NCBI GenBank assembly: GCA_036828955.1
Contig: DAISRJ010000001.1
Coordinates: forward strand, 69,778-133,777
Reading direction: 5' to 3'
DNA from: Candidatus Dormiibacterota bacterium
GTDB taxonomy: Bacteria; Chloroflexota; Dormibacteria; Aeolococcales; Aeolococcaceae
Length of the DNA: 64,000 nucleotides
Shown piece by piece: positions 9,349-19,725 of this stretch. Both the position numbers and the translations under genes were made by a program. Each line of letters begins with the position of its first letter. Within the stretch, counting starts at the first letter, position 1. Below the pieces are notes generated by a model, which saw nothing but the letters and a program-made list of their open reading frames with translations, was not told the DNA's origin and searched no databases.

Positions 9349-10203
9349 TCAGGCGGCCACGGCCGACGGCCTGGGCAGCGGGCGATCCTCGAGGAAGGCG
9401 ACGATCACCTCAAGCTGGTGGCGGACGTACGCCTCCGTCCACCCGTGGCCGGCGTCGGCAACCTCGGCGAGCTGCACCTGTCGCATGCCCGCGACCGCGC
9501 GACGCAGCAGGGGGACGTCGACGATGCGGTCATCGGAGGCGGCGATCATGAGCACCGGCTTGGCGGATGCACGGAGCAACGCCACGTCGTCGCGGGCCAG
9601 GCCGTCGAGGATCCACTCGCGGAGCGCGCGCGGGTCAGCGCGCAGCTGGTTGCGGAAGTTCATCTCGGCGGCCGCGCTGTCGACGTTGTCACCCTCGACG
9701 AGCAGGCGCTTGTAGAGGTCGCTGACGACGCGCTGCCTGCTCAACCAGGTGATCGCCGGGAACACGCCCGGCGCCGTGAAGCCCCGCACCTGGACGTGGA
9801 AGCGGCGGCGCACCAGGGCGGGCGCGACCAGGGGAGTGTGCAGCACCAGGCGGGTGACATCGGCGGGACGACGCCGCCACAGGCTCGTGGCCACCGAGGC
9901 GCCGAGGCACAGACCGCCGACGTCGAAGCGCTTCACGCCGGCGTCGGCGCACACCGCGTCCACCGCCTCGGCCAGCCGTGCGGCGGTGTGGCGCGCCCCT
10001 TGGAGCGCGGAGGACGCCCCACACCCGGGCAGGTCCGGGATCACAAGGGTGCGGATACGAGCGAGCTCTTCGAACCAGGTCTCGAAGTTCTCCGCGGAGC
10101 CGAGGAAGCCATGGCAAAGCACGAGTGCAGGGCCGCTGCCGCCGACGAGATAGCGAACCCGTCCGCCCCCGTGGCTGACGAACCTCTCCTCGAGCTGGGC
10201 CAT
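9349..10203 (-). CDS. Alpha/beta-fold hydrolase
   Basis: Start moved to the internal ATG (MAQLEERFVSHGGGRVRYLVGGSGPALVLCHGFLGS). Nucleophile elbow GGLCLG. The upstream part of the track ORF is Arg/Ser-rich and lies in the ALDH gene tail region. Confidence 0.75.
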   Translation of the reverse strand: MAQLEERFVSHGGGRVRYLVGGSGPALVLCHGFLGSAENFETWFEELARIRTLVIPDLPGCGASSALQGARHTAARLAEAVDAVCADAGVKRFDVGGLCLGASVATSLWRRRPADVTRLVLHTPLVAPALVRRRFHVQVRGFTAPGVFPAITWLSRQRVVSDLYKRLLVEGDNVDSAAAEMNFRNQLRADPRALREWILDGLARDDVALLRASAKPVLMIAASDDRIVDVPLLRRAVAGMRQVQLAEVADAGHGWTEAYVRHQLEVIVAFLEDRPLPRPSAVAA

Positions 10204-10210
10204 GCTGTGG

Positions 10211-11716
10211 CTACGGGGCGTTGGTGTCGATCTGGGCGCGCTGCAGGCGACCGCTGTAGTCGATGTAGATCGACTTCCACTCGCTGAACTCGTCGAGCAC
10301 GTGGCCGCCGGCCTCGCGGTGCCCATTGCCGGTGTTCTTGGTGCCACCGAAGGGCAGCTGGATCTCCGCGCCGATGGTGGGTGCGTTGACGTAGACGATG
10401 CCCGATTCCAGCTCGTGGATGGCGCGGAATGCATGGCGCAGGTCGTTGGTGTACAGGCTCAGGCTGAGGCCGAACTGCGTTGAGTTGGCCGTGGCCAATG
10501 CCTCGTCCACCGAGTCGACGGCAAGGATGGCCACGGTGGGACCGAAGATCTCCTCCTGGGCGATGCGCATCGACGGCTTGACCCCGGCGAAGACGGTGGG
10601 TGTGTAGAAGAAGCCCCGCGCCAGCTCACCCTCGCCGGCCACCGTTCCCCCGGTGAGCAGCTCGGCGCCCTCGTCGATACCGATCTCCGTGTAGCCGTGG
10701 ATGCGGCGCAGCTGCGTCTCATTGATGACCGGTCCGACGTCGACGCCGTCAACGAGCCCGTCGCCGAGACGCAGTGCCCGGGTGCGAGCCACGAAGGCGT
10801 CGGTGAAGTCGGCGAGCACGCTGCGTTCGACGATGAGCCGCGACGACGCCGTGCAGCGCTGGCCGGCGGTGCCGAAGGCGCCCCAGAGAGCCCCCTCGAC
10901 GGCCAGCTCGAGGTCGGCGTCCGCCAACACCACGATGCCGTTCTTGCCGCCGAGCTCCAGTGACACCTTCTTGAGCATGGAGCCGCAGGTGGCCGCGATC
11001 AGGCGGCCCGTGTCGGCGCTGCCGGTGAAGAAGATCGCCGTGGTGCCGGGGTGATGCACCACCGCGTCACCCGCCTCCTCGGCGCCGAAGACGACGTTGA
11101 TGACTCCGCCGGGAAGGCCGGCCTCCTCGAGGATCTCCACGAAGCGGAGCGCGCAGAGTGGGGTGTCCTCGGCCGGCTTGAACACGACCGTGTTGCCCGC
11201 CATCACCGCCGGGAAGATCTTCCAGGACGGGATCGCGATCGGGAAGTTCCAGGGGGTGACGCAGCCGACCACGCCGAGTGGCTGGCGCATGGTCATCGCC
11301 CACTTGTTGCGCAGCTCGCTGGGCACCGTCTCACCGAAGGCGCGACGGCCCTCGCCGGCGATGAACTTGCCCATGTCGATCGCTTCCTGCACGTCGCCGC
11401 GCGCCTCGGTGAGCACCTTGCCCATCTCGCGCGTCATGAGCTGGGCGAGCTCCTCTTTGCGCTGCTCCATGATGGTCGCTGCCGCAAGGATGATCTCGCC
11501 GCGGCGCGGCCAGGGGGTGGACCGCCAGCCGGGCAGGGCGCGCTGCGCCGCTGCGACCGCAGCGTCGACATCGGCGGCCGAGCTCTCCGGGAACACGCCG
11601 ACGACCTCGTCATGGCGGGCCGGGTTGCGCGACTCGAAGGTGCGGCCGCTGGCTGCCCGGCGGTGCTCGCCGGCGATGAGGTTGAAGGGCTCGGCCAGCG
11701 AGCTGGTCACCGTCAT
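10211..11716 (-). CDS. NAD(P)-dependent aldehyde dehydrogenase
   Basis: Start at ATG 11716 ([18 protein letters not shown]). Motifs [15 protein letters not shown] and catalytic-Cys region GQRCTA. ATGA overlap with the upstream aminotransferase stop. Confidence 0.9.
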   Translation of the reverse strand: MTVTSSLAEPFNLIAGEHRRAASGRTFESRNPARHDEVVGVFPESSAADVDAAVAAAQRALPGWRSTPWPRRGEIILAAATIMEQRKEELAQLMTREMGKVLTEARGDVQEAIDMGKFIAGEGRRAFGETVPSELRNKWAMTMRQPLGVVGCVTPWNFPIAIPSWKIFPAVMAGNTVVFKPAEDTPLCALRFVEILEEAGLPGGVINVVFGAEEAGDAVVHHPGTTAIFFTGSADTGRLIAATCGSMLKKVSLELGGKNGIVVLADADLELAVEGALWGAFGTAGQRCTASSRLIVERSVLADFTDAFVARTRALRLGDGLVDGVDVGPVINETQLRRIHGYTEIGIDEGAELLTGGTVAGEGELARGFFYTPTVFAGVKPSMRIAQEEIFGPTVAILAVDSVDEALATANSTQFGLSLSLYTNDLRHAFRAIHELESGIVYVNAPTIGAEIQLPFGGTKNTGNGHREAGGHVLDEFSEWKSIYIDYSGRLQRAQIDTNAP

Positions 11717-13026
11717 CGTTCCGCCTCCTCGCGGACGGCGGTCTCGAGGATGCTGATGCCTGCGTCGAGGTCGTCGTCGCCGATGGTGAGAGGGGGCAGC
11801 AGGCGGATCACGTTGTCGTCGATACCGCAGGTGAGCACGAGAAGGTCGCGCTCCAGGCAGCGGCGCTGCACCCGCCGCACGATGTCGGCGTCGGGCTTGT
11901 CGCCACGCATGAACTCGATGCCGATCATCAGCCCAAGCCCGCGCACATCCCCGACCGCGGCGAACTCGGTCACCCAGCCGTTGAGCCGGTCGATGACGCG
12001 CCTGCCGAGGGCGTCGGCGCGCTCCGGGAGGTGCTCGCTCCGCAGGGTCTCGATGACGGCCACCGCGGCGGCGCACGCCACCGCGTTGCCACCGAAGGTG
12101 GTGCCATGCTCGCCCGCGTGGAAGGCCGACATCACCCGGTGCGTGGCGATGACGCCGGCGATGGGCAGGCCGTTGCCGAACGCCTTGGCGACACACATGA
12201 TGTCGGGTCGCACCCCGGTGTGCTCCACGCAGAAGAAGCGGCCGGTGCGACCGAACCCGCTCTGCACCTCGTCGCAGATGAGCAGGATGCCATGCTCGTC
12301 GCAGATCTCACGCAGGCGGGGCAGGAAGTTCTTCGGTGGCACGACGAAGCCGCCCTCGCCCTGCAGCGGCTCGACGATGATCGCGGCCACCGAGTCGGCG
12401 GGGACCGTCGTCTTGAAGAGGTGCTCGATCTCGTCGCCGCGGGCGATCGGGCAGGGCGCGTCCGGCCCGTGGTCGCAGTAGCGGAAGCAGTGGGGGTAAC
12501 GCACGTGGTGGACGCCGGGCAGGAAGGGGCCCATCCCCTCGCGGTACTTGGCCTTGCTGGCGGTCAGCGTGATCGCCCCGTAGGTGCGACCGTGGAAGGC
12601 GCCGGTGAACGCGATGATCTCCGTCCTCGCCGTCGCGCGCCGCGCCAGCTTGATGCTCGTCTCCACGGCCTCGGCGCCGCTGTTGTTGAGGAAGACCTGG
12701 TCGAGGCCCTCGGGCGTGATCGACACCAGCGCTGCGGCGGCGTCGATCATGCGGGGGCTCAGGGTTGTCACCGAGGTGTGCCACAGCCTGTCGACCTGTT
12801 CGTGCACCGCCTGGACGACGGCGGGATGGAGGTGACCGAGGTTGGTCACGCCGATGCCGCAGCCGAAATCGAGCACGTCGCGCGAGTCGACCGTGTGCAG
12901 GTGCGCGCCGAGGGCGCGGTCAACCACGAGGTCGGAGTAGCGCGAGTAGGCGGGCGAGATCAGTTCGGCGTCTCGCTCTCGCCAGACGCCCGCGCTGTCC
13001 GCTCCCCGGACGGCAAGGTCGGTCAC
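11713..13026 (-). CDS. Class III (omega/GABA-type) PLP aminotransferase
   Basis: 437-aa. Motifs [17 protein letters not shown] and PLP-lysine region [16 protein letters not shown]-like RBS before the GTG start. Confidence 0.9.
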   Translation of the reverse strand: MTDLAVRGADSAGVWRERDAELISPAYSRYSDLVVDRALGAHLHTVDSRDVLDFGCGIGVTNLGHLHPAVVQAVHEQVDRLWHTSVTTLSPRMIDAAAALVSITPEGLDQVFLNNSGAEAVETSIKLARRATARTEIIAFTGAFHGRTYGAITLTASKAKYREGMGPFLPGVHHVRYPHCFRYCDHGPDAPCPIARGDEIEHLFKTTVPADSVAAIIVEPLQGEGGFVVPPKNFLPRLREICDEHGILLICDEVQSGFGRTGRFFCVEHTGVRPDIMCVAKAFGNGLPIAGVIATHRVMSAFHAGEHGTTFGGNAVACAAAVAVIETLRSEHLPERADALGRRVIDRLNGWVTEFAAVGDVRGLGLMIGIEFMRGDKPDADIVRRVQRRCLERDLLVLTCGIDDNVIRLLPPLTIGDDDLDAGISILETAVREEAER

Positions 13027-13118
13027 CGCGCTCCTCCTCGTTGATGGTCCGCGGTCACCTGGCGCGGTCAGCGACGAGCGTAGCGAGTCGTCCTGTTCGA
13101 TGGGAACAGCGTCGCCGC

Positions 13119-13799
13119 TCAGCGCGCCGCCGGCCGTCGCAGCCTGCCGAGGCTCAGGAAGCCGGCGAACATGACCGCGATGCCCACCGCCTCGTACACG
13201 CCGAGGGTGTCCAGCGAGCCGCCGGCCAGCTTGGCGGCGCTGAAGCCGGCCGCGATGACGAAGGCGCCGGCGGTGAGCAGGACATTGCAGACCACCCTGT
13301 CGACGCCACCGTGGTCGCGAATGAGCCGGTACGCAGACCAGGCGGATCCTCCAACCAGGATCAGGGTTCCGAGGACGTTGAGGATGACCGCGCCCAGTTG
13401 CAGGAGCGAGCCATGCGCGATCGCGTCACCGAGCACGCCCGCAGCCGTGTCGAGCCGCGACGTGTCCACGGGCACGAGCGCGGCGTCCACGGCCAGCACC
13501 ACGGTGACAATCGCGAGGATCGCGGTGGCGCGGGCCGCCAGGCGACGCGGAGCGAGGAGGAACAGCGTGCCCATGGACAGCCAGATCACGCCCAGCACGC
13601 CGCCGAGGAGGTAGAACGCGCGGAAGATCGGTGCGCTGAAACCGAAGTGCTCGCCCACCGCCTGGCACCCGGCGGCAGCGGCGAAGATCGCCAGCCCCAC
13701 TGTCCAGGCCGCGAACGCGGGGCGACCGGACATCCTGAAGCGGACGAAGACGACGGCGGCGAACGCCGCGCTGATCACCGATGCCGCGATTGCTGCCAC
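13119..13799 (-). CDS. Integral membrane protein, hypothetical
   Basis: 226-aa ORF that is hydrophobic throughout (about 6 TM). The competing + strand ORF (12765..13931) is Arg-rich and implausible. Confidence 0.6.
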   Translation of the reverse strand: MAAIAASVISAAFAAVVFVRFRMSGRPAFAAWTVGLAIFAAAAGCQAVGEHFGFSAPIFRAFYLLGGVLGVIWLSMGTLFLLAPRRLAARATAILAIVTVVLAVDAALVPVDTSRLDTAAGVLGDAIAHGSLLQLGAVILNVLGTLILVGGSAWSAYRLIRDHGGVDRVVCNVLLTAGAFVIAAGFSAAKLAGGSLDTLGVYEAVGIAVMFAGFLSLGRLRRPAAR

Positions 13800-13829
13800 C
13801 TCTCCCCCTCGTCGTCTTCATGTCAGGCA

Positions 13830-13849
13830 GACTGCTGTTCACAGCAGTC
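13830..13849. promoter_or_regulatory. Perfect 9-2-9 palindrome GACTGCTGT-TC-ACAGCAGTC (candidate operator)
   Basis: Read directly from the sequence. It lies 31 nt upstream of the 13799 GTG start, in the divergent region shared with livJ. Confidence 0.4.
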
Positions 13850-13927
13850 GTCGCCGACACGTTTTGCTACGTTTGACCCGTCCGGAACGATCTTGGCAGC
13901 TGCAACTCCGCCGGGGACCGTGCCGCG

Positions 13928-13957
13928 TTGACATTGATCCCCTGCGGCGTGTAGATA
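13928..13957 (+). promoter_or_regulatory. Candidate sigma-70-type promoter for the liv operon (TTGACA-18 nt-TAGATA)
   Basis: TTGACA at 13928..13933 and TAGATA at 13952..13957, about 47 nt upstream of the livJ ATG. Confidence 0.45.
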
Positions 13958-14003
13958 AGCACACCAATTGTTCACCAATCCTTCAACTCTCGTGGAGAAG
14001 TAC

Positions 14004-15305
14004 ATGATCCTGTCCAAACGGATGCTGCCAATCCTTGGCGTGGTGGGCATCGCCGCGCTGTCTGCGTGCGGCACGTCGACCACCACTACTTCGTCCTCAG
14101 GCGGAGGAGGCAGCAGCCTGGCTTCCTGCCAGGGCACGATCACCGTCGCCACCGACCTTCCACTGACCGGCGGTGACGCCACCGACGGGCCACCCGTCGA
14201 GAAGGCGGCTCACCTCGCCGTCACCCAGGCCAATACCAACAAGGTGCTCGGCGGCTGCACGCTCAAGTACGTGAGCAAGGACGACGCCACCGTTCTCAAG
14301 AACGGCCACGACCCGGCGCAGGGCGCGGCCAACATCACCGCCCTGTCCAGCGACCAGTCGGTGGTGGGCGTCGTCGGGCCGTTCAACTCCAGCGTCGCCG
14401 TGGCGGAGATCCCCGTCGCGAGCCAGAACCACCTCGCGATGATCAGCCCCTCGAACACCAACCCTGGGCTGACCCAGACGGGAACCAACCCTGACGTCAA
14501 CACCGCCTCGCTCTACCCGGGTCCGCACACCTATTTCCGGACCATCGGAACCGACATCACCCAGGGCCAGATCCTCTCCTTTGTCGGCACCACGGAGTTG
14601 AAGTTCACCAAGGCCTACGTCATCGATGACCAGGAGACGTACGGCAAGGGCCTCTCGACATTCTTCCAGAAGTACTTCGCGGCGGACGGTGGCACCATCG
14701 TGGGCACCGCCAGCCTGCCCGGGACCACCAAGGACTTCCACACCCAGGTCGCCGATGCGCAGTCCAAGGGCGCCCAGGTCATCTTCTTCGGCGGTACCTC
14801 GGGCAACGGTTGCGGCATCCTCCGCAGCCAGATGCCCGCCAGCCTCCCGGAGCTGGGTGGTGACGGCTGCCAGGACGACAAGTTCATCTCGGACGCCGGT
14901 ACCAACGCACTCGGCTCAGAGGTGACCAGCGCTCCCGACGCCAGCAAGCTCACGACCGCCACCAAGTTCTACACCGACTTCAAGTCAACGTACAACGAGG
15001 ACGGCACCGAGAGCCCGTACACGCCGTACGGGTTCGACTCCATGAACGCCCTCATCCAGGCGATCAAGGCGGTCATCGTGGCCAACAACGACCAGCCGCC
15101 GAGCGATTCGATGACCTTCCGCGACGCGGTCGTCGCCCAGCTGCATAAGATCAGCTACTCCGGTGCCACGGGCACGGTCGCGTTCGATGCCAACGGTGAC
15201 ACCACCCACGCCGGCTTCAGCCTCTACACGATCAACGGGACCAAGTGGGCCCCCAAGGAACTGCTCACGGCGGACGCCACGGGCAAAGTGACGGTCGCCG
15301 GCTGA
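14004..15305 (+). CDS. livJ: Branched-chain amino-acid ABC transporter substrate-binding lipoprotein
   Basis: ATG at 14004 with GGAGAA 6 nt upstream. Lipobox-like LSACG. Type I periplasmic-binding-fold features. Followed by livHMGF. Confidence 0.85.
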   Translation: MILSKRMLPILGVVGIAALSACGTSTTTTSSSGGGGSSLASCQGTITVATDLPLTGGDATDGPPVEKAAHLAVTQANTNKVLGGCTLKYVSKDDATVLKNGHDPAQGAANITALSSDQSVVGVVGPFNSSVAVAEIPVASQNHLAMISPSNTNPGLTQTGTNPDVNTASLYPGPHTYFRTIGTDITQGQILSFVGTTELKFTKAYVIDDQETYGKGLSTFFQKYFAADGGTIVGTASLPGTTKDFHTQVADAQSKGAQVIFFGGTSGNGCGILRSQMPASLPELGGDGCQDDKFISDAGTNALGSEVTSAPDASKLTTATKFYTDFKSTYNEDGTESPYTPYGFDSMNALIQAIKAVIVANNDQPPSDSMTFRDAVVAQLHKISYSGATGTVAFDANGDTTHAGFSLYTINGTKWAPKELLTADATGKVTVAG

Positions 15306-15320
15306 CCTGAGGTGCATCAG

Positions 15321-15360
15321 AGGGGAGAGCGCAGGGTGCGCTCTCCCCTTCTTTTTCTTT
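15321..15360 (+). terminator. Intrinsic terminator between livJ and livH
   Basis: 12-bp perfect stem AGGGGAGAGCGC/GCGCTCTCCCCT with a 5-nt loop, followed by TTCTTTTTCTTT. Confidence 0.75.
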
Positions 15361-15387
15361 CCGTAGGCCCACCTGAGGGGTGAGACC

Positions 15388-16530
15388 GTGAGCGACGAGA
15401 GCCCGGCGGCGGCCGATGGCATGCTGGTCGACCAGCGGGGGCTGACCTCACGTTCCCACCGCGGCACCGCCGCCAGTCCTGCCGTGGTGGCGACGAGCAC
15501 CGTGCTGCGACAGCTCTACTCGCTGGTGCAGAGGTACTTCCCGCAGATCCTCGTCGCCGGGATCGCGCTGTCGATCCTCTTCGTGTACACGAGTGGTGGG
15601 CTCACGCTCATGGGCGAGCAGATCAAGAACGCGCTGGTGCTCGGCGCCATCTACGCGCTGGTCGCGATCGGCTACACGATGGTCTACGGCATCATCGAGC
15701 TGATCAACTTCGCCCACGGCGACGTGTTCGCGCTGTCGAGCTTCTACGCGCTGATCATCGCCACCTCGTTCGGCGGCTTCGTCAACAGCCTGGCCACGGG
15801 AAGCGGCATCGGCCTGCTCGTGGCGCTGCTCATCCTGTTTGTGACAACCATGGCCGCAGCCGGTTTCACGGGGATGGCCATCGAGCGCGTCGCCTACCGG
15901 CGGCTTCGCGACGCGCCTCGGCTGGCGCCGCTGATCACCGCCATCGGGGTGTCCTTCCTGCTCGAGGGCTTCATGCTCGTCAAGTTCGGCGCGGACAACG
16001 TGCCCACCAAGAACAACCTGTGGATCACGGGCACGGCGCTGACCCTCGGCAAGGTATCCATCGCCTGGACCGACCTCTTTGTCTTCGCCACCGCCGTCGC
16101 GTTGATGTTCACGCTGGGGGCGTTCGTGCGCATCACCACGCTCGGCAAGGCCATGCGCGCCACCGCCCAGGACCGCAACGCGTCGCTGCTCTGCGGCATC
16201 AACGTCAACCGCACCATCTCGGCGACCTTCTTCATCGGGTCTGCGCTCGCCGCCGCCGGGGGGATCGTCTACAGCATCAACTATCACTCGATCCAGTGGA
16301 GCCTGGGCTACAGGCTGGGCATCATCGCCTTCACCGCGGCGGTCCTCGGCGGCATCGGCAACATCGTCGGAGCCGGCATCGGCGGCTTCGTGATCGGGAT
16401 CATCTACGTGTTCGGCGGTCAGCTGGCGGGCGGAGAGTGGAGCGACTCGCTGATCTTCGCGATCCTGGTGATCATCCTCACCTTCCGGCCCACCGGGCTC
16501 TTCGGCGTGGACGTCACCACCCGTGCCTAG
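15388..16530 (+). CDS. livH: Branched-chain amino-acid ABC transporter permease (LivH family)
   Basis: LGAIYALVAIGYTMVYGIIELINFAHGD signature. GTG start. The roughly 60-aa N-terminal extension makes the start uncertain. Confidence 0.85.
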   Translation: MSDESPAAADGMLVDQRGLTSRSHRGTAASPAVVATSTVLRQLYSLVQRYFPQILVAGIALSILFVYTSGGLTLMGEQIKNALVLGAIYALVAIGYTMVYGIIELINFAHGDVFALSSFYALIIATSFGGFVNSLATGSGIGLLVALLILFVTTMAAAGFTGMAIERVAYRRLRDAPRLAPLITAIGVSFLLEGFMLVKFGADNVPTKNNLWITGTALTLGKVSIAWTDLFVFATAVALMFTLGAFVRITTLGKAMRATAQDRNASLLCGINVNRTISATFFIGSALAAAGGIVYSINYHSIQWSLGYRLGIIAFTAAVLGGIGNIVGAGIGGFVIGIIYVFGGQLAGGEWSDSLIFAILVIILTFRPTGLFGVDVTTRA

Positions 16531-18118
16531 CCTCAGCCTCGGTCGCCTGCTGACCTGGGAGCGCGTCGACCCCACCGCGCGCCGCCCCCGGGGAGCCGGC
16601 ACCAGCACCTTCTGGATCTTCAGCATCGGCTCGGCAACGCTGCTCTTCATGGGCTGGCTGCTGCCCTGGTTCGTGAGGCCGACGTCGAGCGGCATCGGCT
16701 TCAGCCCGATGGACGTGGTCAGCTCGGCGCCGACCGGCATCGGCACCTTCCTCGTCTACCTGCTCGGCATCGGCCTGCTCGTGATGGTGCTCTCACCGTT
16801 CGCGGAGTTGTTCTACCGCGCCCGCAAGAGGGCGGTGCCGGCGCGCATAGACCAGGTGAGGGTGCTGATCGCACTGTTCGGCCTGGTCTGCACAGTGGTC
16901 GTCTTCCTGCTCACCAGGGTGATCCAGGAAGAGCAGCTCTTCGGGCCCATTGATACCTTCACGATCACCGACTCCGCGGTGTGGCTGACCATGGTCGGGT
17001 ACATCCTTGCGGCCACCGCGTACGGGTTGCGCGGATGGGTGATCCGGCGGCCGACCACGGCCTTCGCGGCGATCGCCCTGCCGGTCGGGATCCTGCTCCC
17101 ACTGATGTTCCACCAGGCACCGGTGTTCATCCTCTGGGCGGCGGGCTCGCTCGGCATCTACACCCTGCTCGCCCTCGGGCTCAACGTGGTCGTCGGTTTC
17201 GCGGGACTGCTCGACCTCGGCTACGCCGCCTTCTTCGCGATCGGGGCGTACACCTGTGGCTCACTGGCCTCGCCGAAGCACTCGATCCACCTTCCCCTCT
17301 GGGTGCTGATCTTCCTTGGGGCCGCGGTGGCGTCGATGTTCGGCGCCGTCCTCGGCGCCCCCACCCTGCGCCTCCGCGGCGACTACCTGGCCATCGTCAC
17401 GCTGGGCTTCGGCGAGATCATCCCAGACCTCGCCACCAACAACGTCGGCAAGCTCACCGGAGGCCCTGACGGGATCTCGTCGATCGACCAGCCGATCGTC
17501 CATCTTCCCTTTGCCACCATCAATTTCGGCATCAACAAGGAGTGGTATTACTGGTCGGTGTTACTGGTGGTGATCATCGTGATCGTCCTCTTACGCAACC
17601 TCGAGCACTCGCGCGTCGGGCGCGCCTGGGTGGCATTGCGCGAGGACGAGGTGGCCGCGGCGGCCACGGGCATCAACACCACGTCGACCAAGCTGCTCGC
17701 CTTCGCCATCGGGGCATCCGTGAGCGGCCTGGCCGGTGCGTTCTACGGTTCCATCGTCACCATCGTCTCCCCGGACGACTTCAGCTTCTCGGTGTCGGTG
17801 TCGATCCTCAGCATCATCGTGCTGGGCGGAATCGGCAACATCACGGGCGTCATCGTGGGCAGCTTCGTGCTGACGTTCGTGATCTTCTGGATGCTGCAGT
17901 ACCTCAACGAATGGTCGGCGACATTGGGTCAGACGATCAATGTGCCCAGCCTCGGGAACATCGACTACAGCCAGTACACGTACATGATCTACGGGGTCGC
18001 ACTGATCCTCATGATGCTCTTACGGCCTGGCGGGCTGATCCCAAGTCGCGCGCGCCAGATCGAGCTGACGTCGGGAGGCGAGGAGGAATCGCTGGCCGCG
18101 GTGCAGGGAATCGCCTGA
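16523..18118 (+). CDS. livM: Branched-chain amino-acid ABC transporter permease (LivM family) with a long N-terminal membrane extension
   Basis: C-terminal two thirds carry LivM features (GLNVVVGFAGLLDLGYAAFFAIGAY). Overlaps the livH stop. The stop overlaps the livG start (TGATG). Confidence 0.85.
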   Translation: MPSLSLGRLLTWERVDPTARRPRGAGTSTFWIFSIGSATLLFMGWLLPWFVRPTSSGIGFSPMDVVSSAPTGIGTFLVYLLGIGLLVMVLSPFAELFYRARKRAVPARIDQVRVLIALFGLVCTVVVFLLTRVIQEEQLFGPIDTFTITDSAVWLTMVGYILAATAYGLRGWVIRRPTTAFAAIALPVGILLPLMFHQAPVFILWAAGSLGIYTLLALGLNVVVGFAGLLDLGYAAFFAIGAYTCGSLASPKHSIHLPLWVLIFLGAAVASMFGAVLGAPTLRLRGDYLAIVTLGFGEIIPDLATNNVGKLTGGPDGISSIDQPIVHLPFATINFGINKEWYYWSVLLVVIIVIVLLRNLEHSRVGRAWVALREDEVAAAATGINTTSTKLLAFAIGASVSGLAGAFYGSIVTIVSPDDFSFSVSVSILSIIVLGGIGNITGVIVGSFVLTFVIFWMLQYLNEWSATLGQTINVPSLGNIDYSQYTYMIYGVALILMMLLRPGGLIPSRARQIELTSGGEEESLAAVQGIA

Positions 18119-18900
18119 TGGCGCTCATCGAAGTCGAGTCGCTGGTCAAGCGCTTCGGCGGACTGATGGCTGTCAACGACGTGTCCTTCGTGATCGACGC
18201 CCGCGAGATCGTGTCGATGATCGGGCCCAACGGCGCGGGCAAGACGACAGCTTTCAACTGCGTCACCGGCCTCTACCCGATCACCAGCGGCGCGGTGCGC
18301 TTCGACGGTCACAGCATCACCGGCCAGCCACCGCATCGGATCACACGACTGGGGATCGCGCGCACCTTCCAGAACATCCGCCTGTTCTCGTTCATGACGG
18401 CGCTCGACAACGTCATGGTCGGCGCCCACTGGTGGATGTCGGCACGTGTCTGGGACAGCGTGGTCAAGTCGCCGCGAGCCCGCGCTGACGAGAAGCGCGT
18501 GGAGGCGCGGGCGCGGGACCTGCTCGAGCAGCTGGGCCTCACGCGCTACGCCGGCTCCTACGCGCGCGAGCTGCCGTACGGCCTGCAGCGCCGCCTCGAG
18601 ATCGCCCGGGCGCTGGCCACGCAGCCGCGCGTGCTGCTGCTCGACGAGCCGGCGGCCGGCCTCAATCCCCAGGAGAAGAAGGAGTTGATGGCGCTCATCT
18701 CGCGCCTCCGCGACGAGGGCCTGACCATCTTCCTGATCGAGCACGACATGCGTGTGGTCATGGAGATCAGCGACCGCATCGTGGTTCTCGACCACGGCGT
18801 CAAGATCACCGAGGGCAAGCCGGCGGAGGTGCGCAGCAACCCGCAGGTCATCGAGGCGTACCTCGGGCAGGGCGCCGCCGAGCGGATGGTCGACGCGTGA
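18118..18900 (+). CDS. livG: ABC transporter ATP-binding protein (LivG family)
   Basis: Start MALIEVESLVKRFGG. Walker A GPNGAGKTT, signature-region LPYGLQRRLEIARAL, Walker B LLLDEPAAG. Confidence 0.9.
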   Translation: MALIEVESLVKRFGGLMAVNDVSFVIDAREIVSMIGPNGAGKTTAFNCVTGLYPITSGAVRFDGHSITGQPPHRITRLGIARTFQNIRLFSFMTALDNVMVGAHWWMSARVWDSVVKSPRARADEKRVEARARDLLEQLGLTRYAGSYARELPYGLQRRLEIARALATQPRVLLLDEPAAGLNPQEKKELMALISRLRDEGLTIFLIEHDMRVVMEISDRIVVLDHGVKITEGKPAEVRSNPQVIEAYLGQGAAERMVDA

Positions 18901-19655
18901 CCGACACCGCCGCCGCGCCGCGGCAGGCGCCGGCTCCGAGTGGGGTGCCGGTTCTCGAGCTGCGCGACGTCGACGTCTCGTACGGGCGCGTGCAGGCATT
19001 GCGCGGCGTCTCGCTCACCGTCGGTGAGGGCGAGATCGTCGCGCTGATCGGCAGCAATGGCGCGGGCAAGACGACAACGCTGCGCACCATCAGCGGCCTG
19101 GTGCGCCCGTCCACGGGCGAGGTCCTGCTCCGCGGCCAGCCAATCCAGGGGATGGGCGCGGAGGCCATCGCGAGGCTGGGCGTCGGCCACGCACCCGAGG
19201 GTCGCCGCCTCTTCAGCCGCATGACGGTGCGTGAGAACCTCGACATGGGCGCCTACTCGCGCAAGGACCGCGCCGGCATCCGTGACGACTTCGAACGTGT
19301 CTTCGCCCTCTTCCCGCGCGTCAAGGAGCGTTCCAGCCAGCTCGCCGGCAGCCTCTCCGGAGGCGAGCAACAGATGGTCGCCATCGGTCGGGCGCTGATG
19401 GCGCGGCCCACCGTCCTTCTCCTCGACGAGCCCTCGCTCGGTCTCGCGCCGATCGTCGTCGACTCCGTTTTCGAGGTCATCCGCGAGATCAACCAGGGAG
19501 GCACCACTGTCCTGCTCATCGAGCAGAACGCGCTCCTTGCGCTCAACACCGCGCGCCGCGGCTACGTGCTCGAGACAGGGGAGGTGGCCACCCAGGGGCC
19601 CTCGCAGGAGCTCCTGCACTCGCCTGACGTGCAGCGCGCCTACCTCGGTATGTAG
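18897..19655 (+). CDS. livF: ABC transporter ATP-binding protein (LivF family)
   Basis: GTGA overlap with livG. Walker A GSNGAGKTT, signature LSGGEQQ, Walker B LLLDEPSLG. Confidence 0.9.
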   Translation: MTDTAAAPRQAPAPSGVPVLELRDVDVSYGRVQALRGVSLTVGEGEIVALIGSNGAGKTTTLRTISGLVRPSTGEVLLRGQPIQGMGAEAIARLGVGHAPEGRRLFSRMTVRENLDMGAYSRKDRAGIRDDFERVFALFPRVKERSSQLAGSLSGGEQQMVAIGRALMARPTVLLLDEPSLGLAPIVVDSVFEVIREINQGGTTVLLIEQNALLALNTARRGYVLETGEVATQGPSQELLHSPDVQRAYLGM

Positions 19656-19725
19656 GCGACGCACCGCACAGACCCCTGCGTCGTGTCACCATTGAGGCGA
19701 GTGAGAGCCACTGAGGGGTGACCGG

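Noticed and set aside
10211-12196. Long N-terminal extensions in the track ORFs. Examples are the ALDH ORF to 12196, metK to 25821, the GlcD-like ORF from 54232, MFS genes from 56424 and to 54802, the YbjQ gene to 44115, GNAT to 38496, and the hydrolase to 10434.
   Set aside because: The extensions are Arg-rich and overlap the upstream gene. Internal ATG/GTG starts give canonical N-termini, RBSs, and GTGA/ATGA/TGATG coupling with the upstream stop.
19657-19686. Hairpin after livF (CGACGCA-13 nt-TGCGTCG) considered as a possible terminator.
   Set aside because: It has only a 7-bp stem with a large loop and no U-tract, so the support is not convincing.
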